DNA from: Lama glama
Lineage: Eukaryota
Length of the DNA stretch: 64,000 nucleotides
Reading direction: 5' to 3'
Assembly: GCA_028534125.1 (NCBI GenBank)
Contig: CM052818.1
Location: forward strand, 10,604,001-10,668,000
Part shown: in pieces, positions 13,251 to 26,190 of the stretch
Numbering within the stretch: the stretch's first letter is position 1
Layout of the letters: the number at the start of each line of letters is the position of its first letter
Notes under the pieces: model-generated
Told to the model about the DNA's origin: nothing
The model's input: only the letters and a program-made list of their open reading frames with translations
The model's database searches: none
Translations under genes and position numbers: made by a program

Positions 13251-15125
13251 GAAGTCTGGTTTGGGTGTGCAGATCAGAAATTCGTTGTATGTGTCTGAGC
13301 TTTCCTATGATCTGAAGTGGGATCTAGACCGCAGTATGGACTCTTGCTGGCTTTGTCTGGGAAACCAGTGTCGACCTGCTCATATTGGCTCCTTAAAACT
13401 CTAAATATGATCAGAGATTCAGTAATCCAAGGTCAGTTCTTGTTGATATGTGGTTGTATATGTTACAGTGGGTCAGCCTAAGTCAAGGTTGAGTGCCCAC
13501 AGTCTATGGATCTTAGTTTATCATCAAAAAGAAATAGCTTATTGACAAAAAAGGATAATTCACCCTTCCCTACAGATTCTAGCTTCTTACAAACTCTAAA
13601 TGAAAGCTTTAATCTCTCAGACTATTCACCATCCACCCATTCATTTTGCCATACATACATCTGTCCATCCATCATTGATTGTCTTTGACTAGCCACAAAA
13701 ACTACCTGTGAGTTTTAACAGGTGTTATGAATCATTTTACCAACCATTACCATACTGAAAGACTCAGAAAAATTAAAGATGCAGATTTGGAAACACCTTT
13801 TGTTAGACCTAAAATCCACCAAGCTTGTTTGTTTGCTTGCTCTCATAATGGAAATCTATTGTTTATTAATACCCAGTTTGCAATTTTGTAAATGCGACAT
13901 AAGCATCTTGAGCATATAAAATTTTGTGTGTGTGTGTGAATAAAATGTTTCTTTTTAAAAGTGTACTTGCTAATGAAGTAATTAGTAGGGACATATATTT
14001 TGGTATGTGTATATGTGTGTAAATATGTATATGTATATATATGTATATTATATCCAATCTGATTCTTTTTGTATGCTAATCTCCATAGCACATGTAATAT
14101 AAAAAGAAAATTTGGTAATACTTTAAATGTCCTATCATTGTGAATTCATTTTATATTCATTGTAATAGCATTGATCAAAATGAATTCATTTGGTATTCAT
14201 GTAGATGTCACATGTACTTCCATAGGTGTTTCATTGTAAATTAGCATTTCTCAGAGGACACTTAAAATAAGTGTTACTGAAAGTCCTCATTACACATATT
14301 GCCGAGATTAGTACATTAAGGATCATGTACTTACATAGTACTAATGCATTTCTGCCACTTAAAATACTACATTACCCATTTCTGATATCTAGCAAATATC
14401 TAAGGCAATTTTGAGAATTACTGACATCCTAAAGGAAGTGGTACTTTTATGATTAAGCGAATTGCCTATATTTTGCTCTGATTTTTTAAAAAGCTGAAGT
14501 TCTATTAGATACAAAAGAGGATTAAAAATGAAATTTATACAGTGGCAACAGTGATTGTCAACTGACTTGATCTAGTCAGGCACCCCCCCAAAAAAATAGA
14601 ACCTTATCTAATTGTATTTTTGACCAATCAGCATGTTAAAAACATCAAGTGAAGTAAAGAATTTGAGGTTCAGACATAGATTTGCCAAGAAAACAGTGAA
14701 TTCCTGGATGTACCATTTTTGAGCTTGACTTAGAAGAACAAGCAAACACAAACAAATGAAAGATTATCCATCTTTGCAATGTATGCCATCCTTGTAACTT
14801 ACCCACTGCTATTTGGGGCAGACTTTTTGTTGTGCTCATCACGGATGTTGGGAGGAAATAGTGGTGGCTCACTTGGGTGGCAGTTGGCTGAAGGGGAATT
14901 CATAAGTCAGTCAAGAGTGTTGTTGGCTCTTCCAACTTCCTAAGTATTCTGACAGAGAAAGAGAAAAGGTTCTAGTGATTGACATGCTGGTGCAACAGTC
15001 TTGCAGATCAACCAGGTAAAGCTTTGGGGTTTATCAGTATGTCCAAGTGATGGTTGGGAGGTCTGTCGTAGAGTCACACTTCAGAAAGATATCAAATATG
15101 CTTTAAAGAACAGAGCTTCCCAATT

Positions 15126-15760
15126 CACTGTTGGTGGGAATGCAAAATGATATAGCCACTGTGGAAAACAGCATGGAGGTGCCTCAAAAAATTAAAAATA
15201 GAATTACCATATGTCCAACAATCCCACTTCTGGGTATTGATCCAAAAGAATTGCAATCAGGATCTCAAAGAGATATTAGCATTCCATTCCCATGTTCCTT
15301 GAAGCTCTAATCACAATACCCAAGATGTGGAAACAACCTAAATGTCCACTGATGGATGAATAGATTAAAAAATGGGGTACATACATATAATGGAACATTG
15401 TTCAGCCTCAAGAAAGGAAATTCTGCAATATTTGATAACATGGGTGAATATTGAAGACATTATACTAAGTGAAATAAACCAATCACAGAGGACAAATATT
15501 GCATAATTCCACTTACAGGAGGCATATAAAATTGTCAAATTCATAGAATCAAAGAAAGGAATGGGAGTGCCAGGGGCTGGAGAAGGGGGAATTTGGAAGT
15601 TGCCAGTCAAGGAACAATGTTTCAGTTACTCAAGATAAGCTTTAGGGATCTGCTGTACAACATTACTACCTATAGTTAATACAGTGTTGTACCCATTAAA
15701 CTTGTTAAGAAGGTAGAGCTTGTGTAAAGTGTTCCTACCATAATAAAACGGGGAAAAAAA
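15126..15760 (+). mobile_element. 5'-truncated L1M (L1MA/L1MB-type): ORF2 C-terminus plus 3' UTR
   Basis: actgttggtgggaatgcaaaatg...aatcccacttctgggtat...ggaaacaacctaaatgtcc...AATAAAA then an A tail. Decayed TSD: AGAGCTTCCCAATT (15112-15125) and ATAGTTTCCAAATT (15760-15773). Confidence 0.9.
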
Positions 15761-16055
15761 TAGTTTCCAAATTAAAAAGTGTGTACTACAGGGATTTAGG
15801 GTCCCACAAGGGAAAGCCCCTCAACTGTTGAAGGGAAATTTTTTTACTGTTTGGATTCATTGTTTATATCCTCCTCTCTGCGTGAACTGACCATCTGTTT
15901 GCTGTCTATACCTGGTACCACATTTAAGGGCTGTCCCTGAGATGGACTTCCTCCCCTCAACTGCCCCGTCAGGAGACAGTACCTTATTTGGTGCTGACTC
16001 AGTGGGAGCCAAGTTTCCAGCGGGCTACCAACTCACACCTGCAGAATTTGCCGGC

Positions 16056-16191
16056 ACATCCGTTTTGCAAACACACAAAATGGGTAATTGGGCACACAAA
16101 TGCCTATTTGCATTGCAATTTGGCATTTGTATACACAGTGATGGATTTTTTTCATGTGCAAATGTGGGGGATACAAGTGCAGAATGGATGT
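16056..16191. repeat. 136-bp nested palindromic element (MITE-like or ancient hairpin repeat)
   Basis: 14-bp terminal inverted repeats (12/14 matching) and an inner perfect 9-bp inverted repeat around TTGCA-T-TGCAA. Confidence 0.65.
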
Positions 16192-17199
16192 CCTCAAGAA
16201 GGAGGGGTTCCTTTAAAAACATATATATCTTTTCAGAAACCTGCTAGAAATTTGAGTGCCAGGAAAATAGGTATGTTTATGAATGTATTTTATCTTTTCC
16301 CCATTCAAAGAAATTCCTCATAGATCACAGTTCATTGGGTACTTTTTGAAGAAGGGCTACTTTTTCCCAAATAGGCAGAGGGACATCCAGGGTTTTCTTA
16401 CCCTAATAAAGGCTTTATCTAAAGTATTATGGAATCAGCTAATAAATGTTAATACTGTAATGAAATGTAAAGAGTTCTTACGTTTTTAGAGTTTTTGGCA
16501 TTTTATAACTGGTTTTAAGGTGCACTGTTCTGTCTAGTATTAATGTTACACACTCAAACCCACGGAAACATTTGGAACCATAGATTTTTGTAACTAATCG
16601 GAATGGCACAGAAAAAAATAATAATGGCCTGTGTACAAGGGATGGCTGCAGAGTGCTGAGGTGCTCCATGTGTTCCAGCTCATTCTCAGGCTTCGTTGTT
16701 ACTTCTGTCTTCCCTTGTCCATTTAAGCTGCAGTGTTTCTCACTCAAATCTCATCATGTCCAGAGGGGATCAGCAAAGGAAGCTAAGAGCACCCACCTAA
16801 GGGGTCCTAGACTATGGCCCAGGACCACGCCCCTCTTGCCGGTCACTGACTTGTACGTGCCTCTTGTCCCTCTGACCCCTGGTTCCATATTAGAGCCCAT
16901 ATCTTCCTCTGATCCCTTCTGCTCCTGGCAACTTGCCGGACCTCACCTTGGCTCTTTTGGACTCTGGCTTTCCTGTTCATTTGTGGCTCCACTTCCGTCC
17001 TTGGTTTTGGTGGTGCCTGAGAGGCTCTGTGGAATCTGCTTCCAGGACAGCCTGACCTGTGGCCAAGAGATGGTTCAGACTCAAGCTTCTGCCTGAACAA
17101 CTATGGGTATTGATCAAGACTCTGTCCCTGGCTCTCCACTTCTTCTTCTGAGCATTCTTACTTTTTCTGAGCTCGGGCACACTTGTAACTTCCATTGTC

Positions 17200-18120
17200 A
17201 CCTGCAGTCTGATCTATATCACCGACCTATGTTTGTCCCAGTTTGTTGTGCTGTTATTATCGCTAATTTAACATGCCTGCAGCCAGATCTGGTTTTCTCT
17301 TCTTAGTTTCCTCCTCCTAGCATCTGACTTGCTGTCCCAGTTTTCTCTCCTCTCCCAGCCTTTTCATCCTCATTTGTGCCTTTCTTTTCTACTCTCATCC
17401 CAAGGGCCAGCAAGTCTTGTTGAGACTCCTTTTGAAATATCTTCCAGGTCCTAAACCTTTCTCTTTACTACAGCCACCACCATCTGGTCCCTTTATGACT
17501 GGATGGTGGTACTTATTGTCTGAGATGTCTCTTTGCTTGATTATTGTTTCATTAAAGCCGTGCCTGCTATGGCATTCATCCGGTTATGAGCTACAGAGAT
17601 TGCATATTGTCAGATCAAGTTCCAGTTACCCATCATGGCCTTCAAGGCACATAGTCAACATTATTTCCTACAGCAATAGTGGGAAATTCCTGAACAGATA
17701 TTCTCACTCCCGACTTTTCTCTTCATTTGCCTCCATATGCCTCTCTCTTACCTGCCTCTACCTTTTTCCTTGTGGATTTCCCAACCTGGAATGTTCCCCC
17801 CCATATTTATCTAAACCCCCAAAACAATTCTTGGGGTCCCTGCCGACCTTAGCTCTATTAACAAAACTGCTTTAAATTATCCTAGCCCAAGATAAGTTTT
17901 GCCGACTCTGAATCGCAGCATTGGGAACCTTACACCAGTGGCTCTACGTGGATCAGGGATCTTCTTAAATTCTTTTTTCAGGTCTTGCACTAGACTGGAC
18001 TTGCACTAGACCTTTCAGCTCCTTAAAGATGGTCATTATGCTTTATAATTTTATGTCCTCTGCAGTACTTAGCAGAGTGCTAATCATATGGAAAATACTT
18101 GCTTAATACTTCTTGACTTG
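17200..18120 (+). mobile_element. Degenerate L2 fragment(s)
   Basis: Pyrimidine-rich L2-like body ending ctgcagtacttagcagagtgctaatcatatggaaaatacttgcttaatac. Confidence 0.5.
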
Positions 18121-20729
18121 CCTTCACATCTCAGAGAGCTGGAAGTTAATAGAAGGTTGAAGAGTTAGTTGCAGGGGAGAGTCAGTGAAGCTCCATTAAA
18201 TATTCTCTATTTACAATGCTGCCAGCACACCACGTTATTATTATTGTTTTATATTTAAACTCCAGTTCCTCCCCTTTCCTCCTCCTCCAGAGTAACAAGG
18301 GCCTAATAGGTTTCATGTGGAAGCCCCTATGTTTATTAAAGACAAGTGTAATATTTTGTAGACCAAATGTCCCTATCATAAATGCTAACAGAGAAAAATA
18401 TTAGGACTCATTTATTTATGAACCTGTTAATAATGAGGTGCAGTTATGAAAAAAAAAAGAAAAAAGTCTTCCTCAGCAAAAGATCCTGAACAAACAATGC
18501 ACACTGGGGGAAAAGAAGCTAGTTAGCCTTCTTGACTTAGATAAAGCTATAGAGAAATGACAAGTGCCAGTAATTAGCACAGCCTCTTCAACAAGATAAC
18601 CCTATACATCTTTGTCTATTTCAATCACCAAAGACTCTGATTCAGTGTAAAATTAAACCTTGGATGCCATCAATTTCTGTTAACCTCTTTATATTGTTCT
18701 GTGTTCATGCCTATGTGATAGATAGATTTTGTCGGTTTATTAAATGGTGACATCTCTACAGACACGTGACCTAAAAATCTGTTTGCTCCTTAGAAAAGTA
18801 TTCTTAATCATTTCCTGGTATGTTTCACCACCGGGGACTAGATTTATTCCTACATTCCTTTGGTGAACGCCTCATCTCTAAAAACTTGACACATCTGTTT
18901 GAGCTACCCTGCATTTGGCTGCGCACCCCTAACTTGCCCTTCCCCAGATAATCTAGTTAGAATACTAGTCAAGGTCTAAAGACTGGCTCAGGCTGTTTGT
19001 TATATTCACATTTCTATTAAGAAGACTCTAGTTTGAAGCATCTTCTCCCGCCGTGTTTATTTCCTTCTTCCCACTCAGTGCCACCCTCCAGCTTATTTTA
19101 AAGGCTTTCTATTACCCACAGTGTCAACAGTTTTAATCTGGGCTGTTTTGAAATTTTCCTGCTTATATCCTTTGCTGCCAATAGGTTTTTATTAATTTAT
19201 TCACTTATTATTGCAAGATATAGTAATAAAAGTTATTATCCAAATTGGGAATAATTGGAAATTTTAAGAAATCACAGTTTAACTTCAGGGTCCAGGTTTA
19301 TCTACAGTAGGTTTTAAGTAGATTCATTGTGAAGCCAGTAGAATCAATGCTCTTGATGTATTTCAAGCTGTCCTACCAGGCACTGGCCCAGGTGGGTGCG
19401 TTGTTCAAGTATCAACTCCGTGTCCAGCGCACAGAGGAACATCACTTAGTAAGAAAGTACACAGAGCTGTTTCCATCCTAACATGCGCTCAGTTCCCTAC
19501 TCTCCTTTGTTAACTTCCTTCCAAATTTTATTTCATTAAAATGTTTCCTACCATTTAATTTTGCCCAAGTCTGCATTCCCTCTTGTCCTCTTGCTAGGAA
19601 CCTCACTTTTCTGCATGAATAACATTTTTATTTTAGTGTGCTTTCCCCATCTTTTCTTAACTATGTTGTGAAATTTTTAAAAATGTATTCCCATTCAGGA
19701 GACAATATCACGTGCTTAGTCCCTCATGGTGAGGAAGGTGCCAAAATTCAGCTTCTGTAAACTTCTTTTCACTTTGAGCCTTGATTGCAGTGGATCCTTG
19801 GGAAATATTATCAGCTATCATTTAAATATGTATTTACACAATATTTTAAGACACACATTATCTAGCTAGTAGAGCAAATGGCTCACAACAAATAAATGGA
19901 ATAAAGCACATTTAGATGGTGTTTTGAAGCACAGGTTGCTTTGTGGTAAATGGTGAGGGGGCCTTTGAGAGAGATGCTGTTTATCAGGGGGACACTTGTT
20001 GCTGAAATTGTTTTCCATGACCTGTGGCTTTGCCCTTTGGGTTAGATAGAAAGGATCATTGAGTAAAAGTTACTATAGTCTTTGAATTTGTGAAATTTTT
20101 GGTAATTAAAGAAAGAGGTGGTGATGGAGGGGAAAGAAAGGCAGAAAGGAAATTAGAAATTAGGCAAGAAGAGAAGAAGATTAAGAGGAAAGAACAAAGA
20201 AAACCCACCTAGGCAGCTATTCTGAGCTAAAAAGAGGTACAGATCTCCATGGGAAACGCACACAAAAGTGTGCTCTTTGCTGTGAGTGACTATGACTGGG
20301 GATATTTGGATTGTTAGCCAGCCTCCTGAAAACCAAGTCAACCAAAATCATGAGAGGAAACCTCAAGTCAGCATGGGCATGAATTCTGTCTGAGAGCTTT
20401 ATCAAACCACAACAACACAACAGCACAAAAGGAGTAGTTTTTTAGAGGGAGCTTCTGTTTAGCTTGCATCCCTAGATATTGAAAAGTTTACAGAATGCAA
20501 TGCTCCAAGTCATATTCAAGTTTTCCTTTGCCCAGTTGCTGTTACTTTTTCTGTCTCGTGTCTGAAATGTCCAGTCCTGGGCAGGACCTCTGTGATGTGA
20601 CTGCCATTTCTGCCCAGCCCTCCTGCATTTACTTTCTCCCCACTTTTCTCTTCTATAGCCTGAGCCCTAACCTTCTTTTCCAGACACTTCCCAGCTTTTC
20701 AGGTACGCTGTAAGTGTCCCTTTCCTATT

Positions 20730-20778
20730 TAAAAAAAAAAAAAAAAGAAGAAGAAGAAGGAAGAAAAAAGAAAAAAAA
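20730..20778. repeat. Poly(A) and (GAA)n purine tract
   Basis: aaaaaaaaaaaaaaaagaagaagaagaaggaagaaaaaagaaaaaaa. Confidence 0.9.
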
Positions 20779-20863
20779 GCTCATGTGGTTTAATTTTCAT
20801 TATTTTTAGGTGTTAAGTTTTAGATTAGCACACTATGTCTTAAACCACTGTATTAGAATGCTG

Positions 20864-21150
20864 CTTGACTCACTTCCAAATTGAAGACCTTTTAAAAAAA
20901 TTGAAGCAGTCCAATAATTTTAAATCACTCTACACTGTGCATTGCAATTTAAAATTATTGGAGTGCTTCAAATTTTTATAAGCCCTTGAATTTGGAAGTG
21001 ATCAAGGTTCTAGGCATACTCAGTGTAGAGCAATTTAAAATTATAAGAGCTGTCAAATTTTTATATAAGCACTTCAGTTAGAAAAGGGATTTGGGTTCTG
21101 GGCATGTGCAGAGAAGAGCCATTTAAATTATTAAAAGTACTTCAATTTTT
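20864..21150. repeat. Long inverted repeat plus ~87-bp degenerate tandem units
   Basis: Arm 20870-20925 is near-reverse-complementary to 20947-21001. Further direct copies of the unit start near 21031 and 21119. Confidence 0.85.
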
Positions 21151-22859
21151 TTTCCTCAAGCACCTGATTTTGGAAGAGTTTTGGTTTGTGCAGCCTAAAG
21201 TGACAACTTCCTTTGAGAGAGTCTTTGTAAAGAGACATTCAATCTTTCAAATAGGGCCAGCACTGTGGGGATATGAAGTAGGCAGCCAGCTTTCTGGGGT
21301 GATCTGGAGGACCCAGGAGAGTGTGTTACCCCTAAATATCTCCTCGTTGGCATGGCATCTCATTGTGATTACTGTTCTACTTTGGGTAAAGGTATTTGCG
21401 GAAGCTTCTATAAAAATCCTAATTTCTCACGTTGATGAGATTAATGTATCAGCCAAGAGCATGGCCCTGGGGAACTAAAGACTCACAAACATTCTGTTGG
21501 TGGGGAGGGGAGAAGTCTCTAACACAAGCCCCCTCCCCCGAGGGTGACAGGTATGGGCCTGGCTGTACAGCACGGGGGCTCCTGGTTGCTAAGGCTGTGG
21601 CTGAGAACATTCCTGGTGGCCTCAGTCTAGGAAGTAAGAGCATAACTCTCACTTTGTGTGTCAAGAGTTTACTGAGCGTTAATCCCCTCCCCCATTGAAA
21701 CTAATCATTAAAAGTTGGATTCTCTGATACTTTTAATGTTCATTTGCATTATGGCTTGCCCAGGACATCAATTTTCTCTTTTCTGAGAAGTGAAATATTA
21801 TTCATCTGAAACATTTTAAGGGGAAAATTGAAAGGAAGACAGGATCAATAGGTTCAGCTTTAAGGTTGATTCTCCTTATTTCATCTTTTGGTTGGGAGTT
21901 TCAATGATGTGAAAGAAAAAGGAAGGGGACAAACCTAACAAAATGAAAATAATGTTTCCCTTTCAAAGGTTTATTTACAACAAAGGGAAAGGGAAGATAA
22001 ATGATGTAAAATTTAGGCACTTTACAATTGTAATTTGTATTAATTTCTCACCTCAGCAAGACTTAGGTGACCGTTTCAAATATTTACCTTTATAAGAAAT
22101 ATGACAGTCATGTTGCCATATGTGACTGTGCCATTTGGAAAATGTTTGTGGGTCCCTGGATTTCTTAAAGGGAGAATGGCTTTAAATCAGGAAACATGAA
22201 CATGAAAAAACGATTCACTCCTCTGAACATCTTCAGAGGGATGTTGATTCTTTGAAAGGTGAAACCCTCATTGTTGTGGGGTGTAAAGCATTCAATTTAT
22301 CCAATGTCTCTGTCAAGGCATGAAGTGACTCTTCCTGGAGGGCTCCACGGGTTTATCATTTTCTCTCTGAGGCACACAGAGCCAAGGCAGTGGTCCAGCA
22401 GATACCCTGACTTCCCACAGAACCCTCTGTCTGGGCCTCCTTCTCCTTGTCTGCAAGTGGTAGGGACCTCCTCTTACCTTTCCCTTGGAGCCGCAGGGCA
22501 CTGAACTAGTGTTTGGAAAATGGAAACTACTTAACTTGCTGAACTGTTTGTGCTTCCTTAAAGAGTAAGGAGAGGTTAGTTGATGTCCATGTCTTTGTTA
22601 AAAGTCAGCAATCTCCTCGAGGGCCAAGCAGGCTTGATTCAGAGATCAGCGGGCTCTCCTATGTCCAGACCGTGGCAAGGGCCATGCTTGGGGCTCACCA
22701 ATCTTTGTCCCTCAGAGAATCGCAGGAGACAGTGTTTCAGAGTCAGCAATGCAAGGACAACTTCTTGTGTCTTTCAGGCCAGATAAGTTTGAAGTTAAAA
22801 TGTCTTCCATCACATTAATCCAAAAGTTAACACATTAATAGATATATTAATTAATTAAA

Positions 22860-24050
22860 TCACCATCTGTTTATTGAATATGAGCCATTGTGTTAGATGC
22901 TAAATGATACAGAGATAAATGAGAAATAATCATTCTCAAGGAATAGCAATAGAAAGTCATGTGCACAAGTGGCTAGAGTATATCATATTTTATTATGTGT
23001 CCTTATAATACATTATAAAATGATAAAATACATAATACAAATTCTATGTAAATATTACTTTTTATATTGGACTTGACTCGTTGTAGTATTCCCACTAGGA
23101 GCAAAACTGTTACATGTTTACTTGATAAATAAATACTAATTAAATGTGAAATGTAGAAGGAATACAAGCCAAGGACTTGAGCAGGACTTTTCAAAGTTGG
23201 ACAACATGAAAATAACCTGGAGGGCTCTTAACAAATGCTGACACCTCAGTGCTTCATTCCCAGGGTTTTTGAATTAATTAGGGCAAAAAGTGCCCCAGCT
23301 TTGAGAAGCACCTCCTAGGGGCCCTCAGAGGGGAGAGCAGTGAGCTGTACGTGGGGAGTGAGCAGAGGCTGTTTCAGAGGAGGGAATGTTGGAACCTGAA
23401 GGATGGGTGGGAGTTAGACAGGGCTTGATAGAGGCCAGGTGTGGAGAAATTGACATTCTCAGGAGAGGGAACACCAAAGGCAAGGACAGAGGCAGGGACG
23501 TGCTGAGTACGTTCTGCGAGAGTCAGAGCTGGGAGTGACCCCACCATCTGCTGGGCTGAAACAGCGGGTTGGGGTCAGATTGTGGAGGAACTAGTATGCG
23601 TATGTGTCTCCAAGAAGTTTGAATTCATTCTTCACATGCTGGGGAACCAGAGGAGGTTTGGAAGCCAACAAGTGGCATGATCAGCCCTTTGTTTTGGGAA
23701 GACGTGGATGCATTGAGGAGAATGAACCAGGGATGGGGAAAACTGGAGCAGAGGAAACCAGTTAGGAAGCTGTGGCTTCCAGTAGGCTAGGTGAGGAAGG
23801 AGGCAAATCTATACTAGACCAGTTTGGACAATAGTGTAGAGAAGAGAGTGGATTTGGGAGACATTTATGAGACAGATTTCAGTAGATTTGTTGGATGATT
23901 GTGTATTGAGGTTGTAGACCAGGGTACAGTCAGTGAACATCCAGAGGGAATACAGAAGGAGCAGCAGATTCTGAAAGAGAGAATGGTGCAGGTGGGGCAA
24001 CCATATAGACAGGTCTAAGGGACCCTTGGTAATACTGAGTCAGAGCTCAG
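22860..24050 (-). mobile_element. L2 fragment, interrupted by a MER5-like hAT element (~23182-23315)
   Basis: tttattgaatatgagccattgtgttagatgc...ggggaaccagaggaggtttggaagccaacaagtggcatgatcag. The insert reads caggacttttcaaag...tttgagaagcacc. Confidence 0.65.
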
Positions 24051-25539
24051 GGGCACAACTCAGCCTAATAGGCAGAGGTCACCACCCAGAACCCCTCCCC
24101 CACCATTTAGGCTTTTGTTTTGGTTTTCCTTTTATCCATGTCACTTGAAATGAGCACACCTTCTCTTTTAGAGCATGCATCAAATGCTGTGCTCTATTTT
24201 TGGTCACTAGACCTGCTGTTTTACTCGGGGCTTCTAGAAGAAGGCCATTTGCAGCTCTTACACCTTTCTCAAAAATGGAAGTTTTGAATAAAAGCCAGTC
24301 ATAGAATTAAGTCAGGGCAAAGTGGTGTCAGGGGTGAAATTCAAAAGACAATACGTAATAATTGGTTTTAAAACAGGAGCCAGATGAATCATAAGGTCAG
24401 ACGTATGAAAAGGAAAAGCTTTCTCAAGAAGACTTTGGGGCTAAGGCTGTAAGGGGCTGTTGGAAAACAAAGTGGCAGCAACAGTGGTGAACCTCCAAGG
24501 GAGACCTGCTCACTGTTTCCAACGTGTCTGAAAATACTCGGTGGGAAGAAAGATCTGTCTCCCCACTGACTGCATGTAGCCTCCCCAGAAAGCTATTTCC
24601 ACTATGTCCATAGTCATTGCTTTGTTTCCTCCAGAGAAGTCATGGGTCAGGAAAAAGGAAGACGGAACATCAGTGTGTTTGCTGGAAACCGTTAGTCCCT
24701 GAGGGAAGCAGCCGTAGGACCCAAGTGTGGGCTCTGGAGAGAGGCACAGGTTTTTAAAGCTGAGAAGGAGATGAGATATTGCCTAACACCCCAGCTTCAC
24801 AGGATCAGTGGACTAAGTAGCAGTGGGGTCAGCAGTAGAGCCCAGACCTCCTGGCTTCCAGGCTGGAGCTGGCCCACCTCATCACTGCCCCACAGGCACG
24901 TCCCCTGTGACCGCCTGTGTGAGTGATCGCAGGGGGCGGAGTAAGAGAAATCCCATCCTGTCAGATGTCTTTTTTGTTCTTTTATCCTTTTGTCCCACTC
25001 ACCCCTAGCTTTTACTCTTTGCTTCATTGACCTGAAGAGCAAATTTCAGACGGCCTTTTGGAGCTGGGGTGCAGGAGGCTGAAATGTGGTTCTCCTACAA
25101 GAAACATATGTACAATTATTGCCCAGTTATGAGTTGTCTCTAGTCCTATGCTACCCAAACTGTCCTCACTGGGCCTTTGCTGTTATATTGGTAGAATCCT
25201 GTTTTGAAAGATATTTTTTCCTGATGAACATTTACAGAGTCAGTGTGTACCTCTTTGGGCTGTTCTCACTCACACTGCTGTCTCTGGTTACCGCCCTGGC
25301 AGCATCTTATGCTGCCTGAGCTGCTGCCAGGGCTGAGGGTGTCAGGGATGCAGCCGGATCTCAAGCTGCCCCATTCATCCCCTCTGAGAAATTTGCAGTT
25401 GGGACACAGTGGTCCTCCTAAGCTGAATCTGAAAGGGCGTGGGAACTAGCAGGTTCTGGGCAATCTAACTTAGCTGCTGTATGAGCACAGCTCCCGGGGC
25501 TGCTCGGCCAGGGCTCACATTGCTGGCCCCACCACTCCC

Positions 25540-25850
25540 TAGATAATGCAACCCTGGGCACGTCACCTCCCTGCCTCAGTTTCCACAGTTGAAAACTAGA
25601 GATAATTTATATATAATAATAACTAATGAATGAGTAACATAAGCAAATGAATGAAAATAAAATGATAAAAAATAATAAGGTTGTTGCATTAAATGAGTTA
25701 ATATGTATTATGTGCTTAGAAAATAAAATGAAAAAAATAAATGATAAAAAATAATGAGGTTGTTGTATTAAATGAGTTAATCTGTATTATGTGCTTAGAA
25801 CAGTGCTAGTAGCTATTCAAGTGCTTGCTATTATTATTGTTAATATTAGT
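25540..25850 (+). mobile_element. MIR with an internal tandem duplication
   Basis: ctgggcacgtcacctccctgcctcagtttcc...ggttgttgYattaaatgagttaat (twice)...gtgcttagaacagtgc. Confidence 0.8.
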
Positions 25851-25899
25851 AGTAGCAGTAATAGTACCACCATCATTATGGTGCCTTTGAGATGGTCTG

Positions 25900-26190
25900 T
25901 GAGGAAAGCCAGCAAAGGAGCTGTGGCGGCAGAGAGAGACAGAATACACAGATATAAAGTGAGAAGCACAGTCGAAATCTCCTGTGTTACCTGAGTAAGA
26001 CAGAAATATAAATATGGAGCGAGTAAGAGTGTGGAGTCTGACGCCTCTCCAGGCCACAGTTCTGTTCTCTCTTGAGACCCAAATATAATTCTCCCTCTGG
26101 GGTCCTCTGAGCTCCTCCTGTAATAAAAGCTTCTCCCTTGAGCTTCTTTGAATGAGGGTTTGTTCCATGTGACTAAAGGATTCCTGAAGA
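25900..26190 (+). mobile_element. Old MaLR LTR (MLT1-type), 3' part
   Basis: aataaaagcttctccc...tttgaatgagggtttgttccatgtgactaaaggattcctga resembles an MLT1J/K/L terminus. Confidence 0.45.

Noticed and set aside
14141..14203. TGAATTCATT repeated at a 40-bp period, forming both direct and inverted matches
   Set aside because: It is short, AT-rich and self-palindromic within decayed repeat-like sequence, so probably a trivial local duplication.
15365..15610. 81-aa minus-strand ORF
   Set aside because: It is an antisense reading of a decayed L1 3' end.
20864..21150. CRISPR-like repeat-spacer array
   Set aside because: The units are degenerate and near-contiguous with no unique spacers. There are no cas genes, and the context is mammalian.
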